A stretch of 64,000 nucleotides of DNA from Botryllus schlosseri (Eukaryota), in contig CM119371.1 of NCBI GenBank assembly GCA_051294905.1, positions 35,342,001-35,406,000 of the forward strand, written 5' to 3'. The position numbers were made by a program, and so were the translations under genes. Shown here piece after piece: positions 1-9,778 of this stretch. How positions within the stretch are numbered: the first letter of the stretch is position 1; each line of letters begins with the position of its first letter. The notes under the pieces are model-generated. The model was given only the letters and a program-made list of their open reading frames with translations. It was not told the DNA's origin and ran no database searches.

Positions 1-279
1 GGGAACATTGGTCGCTAGCTATATACAATTTCCGTTCAGGCGATGTATATCAGCTATTAGTCTGGTTAAGAATAAGAGGTTAATTGAGAGAGGGTTGTGT
101 ATAATAGTGTTGGTGGATCTAAATTAGTTTGGTTTCGACGCCCCTGCGTGACAGTGTCCTGGTCGTGTTGTACACAAGCACATGTAGCTCCACCTCGGCA
201 AGCGTGTAAGTTTAGGTCAAGCGCTATCCATGAGTTAGGGTTAAAGGTGCTGGAGTTGGGTTATAATCTGCAATGTATA

Positions 280-1237
280 GGGGAGATGTGGTACCGATGG
301 ATCACTGGGACCGAAAATACTTGAGAAATTCTCCATGATAATTCCATGATTTCACTCCGTGAATTTGTCTACAATTGCATGCTGGCAGAATCTTTCCTCA
401 CATGCAAAAAAATTCGACCTGCGTGAGTTATGGGGTCTGTGACGAATGATTTACGTTTTAGGGGGTGTGAAGTAAATTTCGATCGACATTTGCATTTTTC
501 TATATCATCTTTCAGACTAACAAACCCGCCATAATTTTTGATGTGAAGTATAGGGCTTGTATCAGGCTATATAATGGCACATATTTTTTTATTCAATACC
601 ATCCTCGAGTGGACTATTTTCAAGTCAATTACAATATTTATGGGGTGGGGACCTATGGTACCATGGCAAAATCAAGCAAAATAGATGGACCAACTAATCA
701 CTTAGCAACAGAAACTCGCCTACATATATATAGGCTGTAAATCATAGTTACCTGTGGTGTTTTATCGCTATTACGAGGTATTTTAAAGTCAAAATGTCGA
801 TTTGCGGGTAATATGTATGTGGTATTAATTTTGTAAATTTTAGCGTAAATTAAAACAAGATTTTATCCCAACATTTGAGTTGATATAATCTATTTTATTC
901 TTGAAGGTCGCGACGAAACATTCTTCATTGACTTGCGGTAGCTTAGCTTATAGTACACAAAACAAGTAAACTAATTTGAATTTTTGAGCGTGTGTCTCAT
1001 AGGTCCCATGGTCGTGTGCCTTCGGACCCACCGGGTGGGGACCGATGACACGTTCGAGCAACAAATTTTAAACGTTCATAAATATTTTTTGAAAAGACGG
1101 ATATTCATGTAAATGTCTGCAATAGGTAGAGCTTGTATCGAAGTGTTGAGACAGCAAAAGATCTGCTATTCTCGGCTGAAGATTTGAGGGCCAGAGATCA
1201 TTTTGCAATTTTTGATCCATCGGTACCACATCTCCCC
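280..1237 (+). mobile_element. Non-autonomous DNA transposon (MITE) with ~25-bp TIRs and TA target duplication, copy 1
   Basis: TA|GGGGAGATGTGGTACCGATGGATCA ... TGATCCATCGGTACCACATCTCCCC|TA; close copies at 42175-43136 and (inverted) 53833-54792; no ORF of note. Confidence 0.9.
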
Positions 1238-1703
1238 TACTCAAGACCGTAACAACACTTCGTTAGCGCACACCTAGGCAAACTGCACACCACGGGCTAA
1301 ATGCGGCCCGTGACAAGTTGCTTGGAAATTCGAATATGTGGCATACTTTTAAATGTAAAAAGGTAATGTAAAACCATATAGGCTGTGTAAACTGAACCGG
1401 AAATATGTGTCTATGAAACATGTTCGTTTATGTGCTGTTATAGTGAGTGGCCTACGTACATATCCTCGCTTACTGATGATCATCTGTAAGCTCTGCTTCA
1501 CATATCAACTTCATATACTCAGACCAACTTTAGGGCACCCAACAGATGCAATATGTCTCTCACTAAATAAGACTGTAGGACACCGACATACGCGCTCATT
1601 TTACTTTTCTTATGCAAAACGTGGCCGTTTGACAATCATAATATGACATATCTCTGTCATCATATTTGAATTGCATCCTGGTATCTTAATAGAAAGAGGT
1701 GTC

Positions 1704-1803
1704 TATCCATCCATCCATATGTCCGTCCGTCCGCCCGTCCGTCCATCCGTTCGTTCGTTCGTCCGTGCATCCACCCATCCACCGACCCAACCATCCACCC
1801 ATC
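1704..1803. repeat. Degenerate tetranucleotide microsatellite (CCAT/CCGT/TCGT)n
   Basis: Direct reading. Confidence 0.9.
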
Positions 1804-1959
1804 CTTAGAAATATCTACAGCACTATTGGGGCAAGCTGACTGCATTATAGGTCTCGAAAAAGATTCGCAACTTCACGACTTGCTGTGACAATGACAGGAC
1901 ATCGCTGCCCCATAATTCGACAGTTCCTCGTCGAGCGCTTCTGTAGTCTCACCACCATT

Positions 1960-2236
1960 TTCTTGTTGTTTGTGACATTCATGGTGTTTGTCGACTACTA
2001 TTGTCATTTACACCAGGCCAATTTTCATAATTTTTATTCCATAGCTGCCGAATTGTAGCACGGCCAACTTCTAGGCTTTTTATAAGACACCGTTTACACA
2101 GACGACATGGCGCGGATGAGCATAGCTAAACCTCCAACACTTAGGCAGGAATTCTGGAGTCGACCTCGGTTGGACTCGAACCCGCAACCCATTTGTGTTG
2201 CTGCTGTGGATTACACGACTACGCTATCTCGTCACC
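1960..2236 (-). mobile_element. tRNA-derived SINE, family 1
   Basis: Reverse complement of the 6121-6402 element with A/B-box head; TCACCACCATT repeated at 1949-1959 and 2232-2242. Confidence 0.85.
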
Positions 2237-2579
2237 ACCATTATTGAAAAGTGAATTCTATATTTAGTGTGACGAGTAAAGTGAAGCAGCAATTCCGTTC
2301 CAGGTCACACATTTGTGCATTTCATTTGATTTTACCGATTTTTTTATATGCAAGTATAGCGGTTGCGCTCTCAATAATCTAATGATCCTCTTTGTTTAGA
2401 TTACATACCAACATATTAGATTGTACCAGACGGTCATTAAGCTAACGTATATGTGAAGAATGGAGTTGAAACATTTTTAGCATTCCTAACACTTCACACG
2501 TGAAGACTTGAACTGGTTCAAGATCGTTGATGTGATATTTCCAAGAATAAATTCATGCAATCTCAAGTTTCATATAGGC

Positions 2580-3605
2580 ATGCATCCCGGCATCAAAAAT
2601 CATCAATGTGATATATGTGGAAAATCATTTACATCGAAGGCTTACCTCAAGCTTCATTCGAACAAGCATACTGGCGTCAGAAATCATAAATGTGATGTAT
2701 GTGGAAAAGCATTCACGTGGAAGAAGAACCTCTTGTATCATTTGGACATGCATGCTGGCATCAAAAATTATAAATGTGATATATGTGAAAAATCATTTAC
2801 TTCGAAAGGTAACCTCAAACTTCATTTAAACATGCATGCTGGCGTTAAAAACCATGTATGTGATATATGCGGTAAAGCACTTACTTCGAAGGGTAACCTG
2901 AAACTTCACTTGGATATGCATGCAGGCATCAAAAATCATAAATGTGATATATGCGGAAAATTATTTACATCGAAGGCTTACGTCAAGCTTCATTCGGACA
3001 AGCATGCTGGCGTCACAAATTATAAATGTGGTATATGTGGGAAAGCATTCACAGCGAAGGGTCACTTCAAGCTTCATTTGGACATTCACGCTGACATCAA
3101 AAACCATGTATGTGAAATATGCGGGAAAGCATTCACTTCGAAAGGTCACCTCATGCTTCATTTGGACATGCATGCAGGCGTTAAAAACTATGTATGTGAT
3201 ATATGCGGAAAAGCATTCACATCGAAGAGTAACCTCAAGCTTCATTCGAACAACCATGCTGTCGTCACAAACTATAAATGTGATATTTGTGGGAAAGCAT
3301 TCGCATGGAAGGGTCACATCAAGCATCATTTTGACATGCATGCAGGCGTTAAAAACTATGTATGTGATATATGCGGAAAAGCATTCACATCGAAGAGTAA
3401 CCTCAAGCTTCATTTGGACATGCATGCAGGCGTTAAAAACCATGTATGTGATATATGCGGGAAAGCATTTACTCGGAAGGGTAGCCTCAAGCTTCATTTG
3501 GGCATGCATGCTGGCATGAAAAATCATAAATGTGATCTATGTGAGAAATCATTTACTTCAAAGGGTAAACTCAAGCTTCATTTGGATATGCATGCTGGCA
3601 TCTAA
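2580..3605 (+). CDS. Tandem C2H2 zinc-finger protein (gene A), 12 fingers, ending at a probably premature TAA
   Basis: 12 x C-X2-C-X12-H-X3-H with 28-aa period; first in-frame ATG at 2580 (the ORF-track start at 2508 is TTG; in-frame TAA at 2487); an upstream exon cannot be excluded. Confidence 0.9.
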   Translation: MHPGIKNHQCDICGKSFTSKAYLKLHSNKHTGVRNHKCDVCGKAFTWKKNLLYHLDMHAGIKNYKCDICEKSFTSKGNLKLHLNMHAGVKNHVCDICGKALTSKGNLKLHLDMHAGIKNHKCDICGKLFTSKAYVKLHSDKHAGVTNYKCGICGKAFTAKGHFKLHLDIHADIKNHVCEICGKAFTSKGHLMLHLDMHAGVKNYVCDICGKAFTSKSNLKLHSNNHAVVTNYKCDICGKAFAWKGHIKHHFDMHAGVKNYVCDICGKAFTSKSNLKLHLDMHAGVKNHVCDICGKAFTRKGSLKLHLGMHAGMKNHKCDLCEKSFTSKGKLKLHLDMHAGI

Positions 3606-3765
3606 AATCATAAATGTGATACATGTGGAAAATCATTTAGATCGAAGGCTTACTTCAGGCTTCATTCGGAGATGCATGCTGGTGTCACAAATTATAAATG
3701 CTATATATGCGGGAAAGCATTCACATCGAAGGGTCACCTCAAGCTTCAGTTGGACACACAACACT
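3606..3765 (+). pseudogene. In-frame zinc fingers stranded after the stop of gene A
   Basis: Same frame continues NHK-CDTCGKSFRSKAYFRLHSEMH-AGVTNYK-CYICGKAFTSKGHLKLQLDTQH. Confidence 0.85.
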
Positions 3766-4139
3766 GTTACGTTGATACCGCAGCAGCAATTCAATTCTGG
3801 GTCGCTGCACTGGTAATGGTTCATGAACCAAACTCGGAATTTCAGTAAAAAGCACACAACCACGGCCCCCTCCAAATCATAACTACACTACCGTACACAT
3901 GATGAAAGTGTAGATTTGTGGGCCTGTGGATTGCGTAAAGGAAAAGGTAGCCATGCTACTTTATTAGTCAGTGGCACGGGGACAAGTAAGCTATATGCCA
4001 GCTGTATGACGCAATAGTCAGTCGTCGAAAATTTCAACTTGCATGTGTCGACGGCCGTGTACACAGCCGTACATATATTTTCCCCCCCATTTGTTGGCCA
4101 CCACTGATATACAGTGATTACTTTTCTTTCAATGTTAAG

Positions 4140-4465
4140 AAACATGTTGCCTGATGTACTTGAATCGCCGCTACCCAATCCTTGCTCAAATTAATTTCCG
4201 CTTGTCCGCATATGGTGTTTTGGTGAATATAAGGTACGAACCACGCATGCCTTTGCCGAAATTGATGAGAAAATGCTATCAATATGTAAAATACATTATG
4301 CTGTTTATTTTACGAAATGTTACAGTATGCTGATATGACTTGTCGAAATATAGTCCTTTGGACAATCATTTATTCATTTCATTTGATTTTATTGGTTGAT
4401 GTGTATGATATGCAAGTATAGCGGTTGCGCTATTTATAATCCAATCATGCTCTTTGTTTAGATTA
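4140..4465 (+). other. Orphan copy of the ZNF-gene upstream block ending in the shared acceptor-like TTTGTTTAG|ATT
   Basis: Homologous to ~2305-2402, ~25250-25543 and ~62020-62277, but no finger exon follows. Confidence 0.75.
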
Positions 4466-5143
4466 TACTGGTCTACAAATTTCAAATAGATTTTTCGATA
4501 AAAATTACAATGATTGATCCAGGTTAATTTTAGGTTGCTGAATCCGACTATGTGCTCAGAATTTCTCTATCACGTCAGATTTTTTCGGTATGAATGTTTC
4601 TCATGTCATTAAATTATTCAAATTTCGGCTACCGTTAGTGGCATTACGGTGAGCGTAAAGCGGCTACAGATCCAATACTGTCATTGAAATTATCTATGAT
4701 TAAACCTGGGTGGTTGTAGTGCAGCAGGACAGAGTTTTCGTTGTACTCCAATCTAGTGGTTTTCTTTTTTCTTCAATTATGAGCTGGTTTCGACCCATAA
4801 AATTACACTGGTCTACAAGTTTCAAAAAAAAATTGCCCAAAAAATTTTAATGATCGACTAACGCTAGTATTAGGTTTTTGAGTCCGATTATGTGCTCAGA
4901 ATTTCTCCATCACGTCAAATGTTCTCGGTATGTATTTTTCTCATTTTCATAAATTAATCAAACTTCGGTTTTCGTTAGTGACATTATGGTGAGCGTACAG
5001 CAGCATTATATCAAATATTGTTATTGAAATGATCTATAATGATGAAACCTGGGTTGTTATAGAACAGAATGAGTGAGTTTTCAGTGAGCTTGCATCCAGT
5101 GGTTCTCTCCTTCTTTCAATCAGGACCTCTTTTCGGCCCATAA
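4465..5143 (+). mobile_element. Two tandem ~340-bp left ends of a CACTG-terminated DNA transposon (Chapaev/CMC-like, tentative); matching right end at ~7750-7855
   Basis: Units start (C/T)ACTGGTCTACAA and carry ...TCCGA(C/T)TATGTGCTCAGAATTTCTC(T/C)ATCACGTCA; inverted counterpart TGACGTGATAGA...GATTCGGC...GTAGACCAGTG at ~7757-7855. Confidence 0.55.
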
Positions 5144-5403
5144 TATTATATGTAGACTCAACCATTTTAGTCGATAGTAGTTATCACCATTATATACCAC
5201 TCATCGTTAAGATTTTGATTAGTAGCTCCATACTCAATTTAGTTCGCCACGTTATCTTTATACATCGGTCCTGCTGACTTAATCGATCGATGCATTTTGT
5301 GACAGTACCCTTCTCTTTCGTCAAACGTAAAAAGTTTGCAAACAATAAATATGATATTGTTAGTATATTATGTAGAAGGGAACTGTTCAATCAGGCACGT
5401 GAC

Positions 5404-6086
5404 TCATCATCATCATCATCATTGGTTTATTAGCAATTTTATCAGTTCAATACACCACAAAAAATGCGATACAATGAAAAGACAGGAAGATGTCGAAGCG
5501 ACAAGGAGTAGTCTATGGAATCTGACACCCACCTTGGCCTAGGCGATGTAAAGAGGAGGCATGCACACTGAATGAAAATAAAGAATATAGTATAGAAAAA
5601 GAAAGCGACAAGAAATAGGGCGGCATGTCATGGGAAGCGAGATCGATAGGTCAGTCGTGGTCCGGTAATCTTTAGGATGGACTGTATTTATTTAGTAGTA
5701 ATTGCTTGTATTTCGACTTGAATGTGGACATGCTCGTCGACTGTCGGATGGCCGGCGGGATGCTGTTCCACACATCAGGTCCGGCATATTTGATAGAGCG
5801 ATGATCTTTCCGGTCGATCATATGATATTTGGACGACGTGGACGCGCGTGTGTTGTACTTGTGCGCTTTTGATTCAGAGGTAAAGAAGTCATTGAAATAT
5901 TCGGGGCAACGACCGCAGTGAACCTGATACATAAACTTGGCGATTTCTAGTTTCCGCATATCTTCTATGTTTAGGACGCCGAATCTCTTCAGCAGCGACT
6001 TATTGGATGGGCAGCCAGGCCCCTTTGGGGCCGTAGCTATGATTCGAAATACTTTATGCTGTAGTTTCTGCAGTGGCTTGAGTGCC
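5404..6086 (-). mobile_element. 5'-truncated LINE (CR1/L2-like) 3' end: ORF2 C-terminus, 3'UTR and (ATG)n tail
   Basis: ORF 5672-5959 with KFMYQ..CP.YF..H.YNTR..SIKYAGPDVWNSIP..FKSKYK motif; high similarity to 48297-48975. Confidence 0.85.
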
Positions 6087-6120
6087 CTTTAAGCTTGTTT
6101 TGAAACATTAACATACAGGA

Positions 6121-6402
6121 GTGGCGAGATAGCGCAGTGGTATAATCCGCGGCTGCAACACCAATGGGCGCGGGTTCGAGTCCGACCGAGGTCGGCTTCC
6201 GAATTCCGATACCTAAGTGTTGGAGGTTTAACTAAGCTCCTCCTCGCCACCTCATCCGCGTCAGCGGTGTCTTACAAAAGCCTAGAGGTGGGCCGTGCTA
6301 TAAGTCGGCAGTTACGGAAAATAAGAAGAAAACCGGCCTGGTGTAAATGACCATAGTAGTCGACAAACACCATGAATACCCCCCTCCCCCCCAAAAAAAA
6401 AC
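6121..6402 (+). mobile_element. tRNA-derived SINE, family 1, full length
   Basis: A-box TAGCGCAGTGG, B-box GGTTCGAGTCC, A-rich tail; TSD TTAAC(A/G)TACAGGA at 6108-6120 and 6403-6415. Confidence 0.9.
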
Positions 6403-6483
6403 TTAACGTACAGGATGTCTGCTTATCCAGAGAAAAAGTGCTAATCATGATAACCTGAAATAATTTATCACCAATGGTGATGC

Positions 6484-6600
6484 GTCCGGCCAGTTGTTCG
6501 GTAGGTCGTGGGTTCGATTACCGGCCGGGTCAGACCAAAGACTCGAAAACTTGGATCCGCCGCTATCCTGCTAGGCGCTCAGCATCCACGGATAGCATGG
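6484..6600 (+). mobile_element. tRNA-derived SINE fragment, family 2 (second copy ~56403-56520)
   Basis: B-box GGTTCGATTACC followed by GGCCGGGTCAGA(C/T)CAAAGAC...GGCGCTCAG, shared with the 56.4-kb copy. Confidence 0.65.
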
Positions 6601-9471
6601 AGGAGAAAAAAGCGAGGGAGCTGACCAGATGAACCTGCGGTCGTATCGCATCTCCGTCGTCAAAAGCATCTCGATGGTGCAGACGAAACCGAATACCCCC
6701 TTTTCTCATTATTCTCCGCCTGTTTATGATGCTAGTTTTTATCCAGTTTCCATATACTGTGATCTTTTATTGGAATTGAGAAAAGCTGTTTCTGGGCTGG
6801 TTTTCTTTTGGTCTATTGTCATGTTATGAAGAGCTTCTTTTGTATTGTGAATTATAGTAAACCAGATGAATGGCGACTGCTTGCTAACACCTCAACATGA
6901 AACCTGATGTGCGTGTGGGTGGCACTCACAATACAAAAAATATATATCGGTTCTAGGACAGTCGATCTGTCTCGACTTAGGACATCGGTGGCCTACCCCA
7001 GTTGCGATGTTTTATAGGCTTGAACGTAGCCGGATCAGAGCATTGGTTAAGTTCTAATCATGTTTTTGATTGGTTCCAGTGTTTCTGTTTCGCATGAATC
7101 AACGCCAGTTGTAAATATAAAAACTGTAACATTTTTGGCGGTTTTTGATTTGCCGTAATGCTATTCTATGAACCAGAGTAGTTGATCGGCGTTGCTACTC
7201 AAGTAGAACAAGTAACGCCTTATATTTCTACTCAATTACAAGTAGAGGTTTTAATTTCTATGACCCGTCAAAAGTACTTCAAGTGCTCTGAAGACTAAAC
7301 GAAAGGTCTCTGAAGTACTAAAATTCAGTCAGTCAGTCAGTCAGTCTAAGTATATTTGGTCGGTGGAGGGTGGCCGCATACTTTCAGCAGTTAGTCGGTG
7401 GTGGCTACATACGAATTCGCAAGATATATCTTCTCGGCAATAGCAAAGTGTCTATAATGACACTCCACATTGGTAGAATATTCGGAAATATTTTCAGTTA
7501 CCATGCTTCAGGGGCTATGTCACGCAGCTCGAATGACAATGAAACTCATGAGAGTGGTGCAATATTTTCTTCAAACTACTTTCTACTTTTCAAAATCCAG
7601 AATGCAAAAGCAAATAATTTATCCAAAATACTGTTCAGGTAGAAGTGGAAGTAGTCTGAAAACATATCAACTTCAGTAAGTACTGCAAGTAGGTTTAATC
7701 TACTTGAGTACCCCGAAAAAGTAGTGATAATCAACATTTCTAGTATCTCCAAAACGTGACGTGATAGAACAAAAATAACACCAGATTCGGCGCGCCATTA
7801 AATTAGTTATAATTGACTCAAAGGAATCCTGGCGCAAAAAGAGTGTAGACCAGTGCTATTAACCAATATACCAGATCGTCCAGGCGTTCATTCACTATGT
7901 TATATGTGACATGTTTCCCAGATCTGCATACAACTGTTCTCTTCGAGTTCTCTATGGCGTTCATGCCCGTAAAAACGTAGCATACTAACGTTAAATGCCT
8001 TCCTTTTGATCTGTGAGGCTTGGGTCGCGAGATGCCATTAAACTCAGATTTGGGTCGCGATCAGAACCACTGGCCTAAGGCATAGGAGCAATGTCAAATA
8101 AAGAATCGATTTTGACAAAATGTTAACGCATGTACCAATAAGGACTAAACGTTTTAGCGCTCGTGCCCCGTGAGCTGTCATGAAATGTTTTTCGTACCCC
8201 TTATCCAGGATCGAAACAGCACTTTGTCAAACCACCACCAAAGGCAGGTCTTGGGCCCCCATAGGGTTTTCAACATAACCTATTTAGATTTCAGGGATAG
8301 ACGACGTTTCAGCGACCGGAGATATTAATATCGAAGGTTTCGTCGATGTGATATGATTTTAGGGTACAAATGTAAAACGCCGCCGGTGTACCGAAATGTC
8401 ACAGGTATTGGCATGTCATGGGGTGGAAGTTACGGCCATCGCCAATATTTGGGAGTGTGATATAGTCCCGTCCCAGAAGGTTTCACACCCTTTGACTAAA
8501 GCATCCCAGCGCCCTCAAAGCACCATTCTCTCATAATTGCGAGAAAATCTAGACTCATTTCTGCAACGCATGTTGTATTTTTATTATAAGCCTACCATTA
8601 TTGTGTGGGAGAGAATGACATGCCCAAATTAGAAGTAAGAATTCTCTGGAAAGGGAATCGCGCGGCACGCGATGAACATTTTAGAGTTGAAGAAATCCGG
8701 TCAATAATATTCCACTTTATGTGAATTTGCAAAATAATATGAGTAATTAAGAAACGTATTATTGAGCACTTCATCTCGTACCCCCTATTCCGGTGCTACG
8801 TACCCCCAAGTGATCCGTGGACACCTGTTTAAGAACCGCTGCCTGAGGATTTGAGGGGGCGGAGTGCTGACGCTATTATACATTATTAATGTTTAGATTT
8901 TCGGAATCTGTGTGACAATAGCATTCCGTTAATACCAGTTATTATAAGTTCCCAGCTGTTTATGATGAATTGCGCTATCATGTGAGGCTGTGCCTCAATT
9001 GTCCACCCCCCTTTCGCTCAACGTATTTGAACAATCAATATCCAATCTAGTCCTTTGTTTTGTAAAACAGTGGCTCACGATCTGGCGATATCGCCCCCGG
9101 TGGGCGAATTTGAGATACCTAGGGCCAAAATACCGAAGGGGGTGATCGGGGGACAGAACATGCGGAGGAGGCGAAAATATTAGAACGTTCAGTCCTATAT
9201 ATTCAACTAACCGGCAACCGAATATAGGAAGAAAATACACGTGAAAATCAGTTTATTCTGAAACTGCCGTTCATGTTACCTAAAATAAAGGACAACTTGC
9301 CACATACTATCCTCAGATAGGCCTACCGGGATTTTCAGGGATCACCGCGAAAGTTTACCATTTTTGTTTTTATTTTATTTTTCAAGCGATCAGAGTTAGC
9401 GGTATAAATTTCCCGTTTATATGTCTATTCTCGGATCCGCAAATATGGAGGGCGATAAATATATGTCGGGC

Positions 9472-9748
9472 TGTAGGAACTCGTTTCCTACTGAGTAGTT
9501 AACTAACTACGTAACTCTCATTTCGATACTGAGAACGCCAGACAAGTACAGTTACACTCAATCTGTAATCACAACAACAATAATATATACATGCTCTCTG
9601 ACTGGCACCTTTTGAGCGTGCAAGTCAGAGCGGTACGAATGTATCAGAATGTTAATATTCGAACGGTAACGCGTCAGGAATAAGCGTAATACATTTGTGA
9701 GTCACGATCGCTTGGATATAGTTTGTAGGTGTATTATGTGCAGCTACA
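9472..9748 (-). repeat. 3' LTR
   Basis: Matches 13792-14068 except G9641 vs C13961. Confidence 0.97.
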
Positions 9749-9760
9749 CCACCCTCCACC
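9749..9760 (-). promoter_or_regulatory. Polypurine tract
   Basis: Purine-rich GGTGGAGGGTGG on the minus strand abutting the 3' LTR. Confidence 0.85.
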
Positions 9761-9778
9761 AGATCGTGACTAGGCTTT

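Noticed and set aside
2508..2579. ORF-track start codons for genes A and B (2508, 25648), gag (13791) and pol (12889)
   Set aside because: These are TTG starts from a prokaryote-style caller; first ATGs or the frameshift entry were used instead
2600..3700. CRISPR-like repeat/spacer appearance of the 84-bp periodicity
   Set aside because: The period is the 28-codon zinc-finger unit; eukaryotic context and no cas genes
6121..6200. tRNA gene
   Set aside because: A/B boxes run into a SINE body with tail and TSD; multiple diverged copies
7362..7373. GGTGGAGGGTGG identical to the Gypsy PPT
   Set aside because: No LTR follows; probably chance or an unrelated relic
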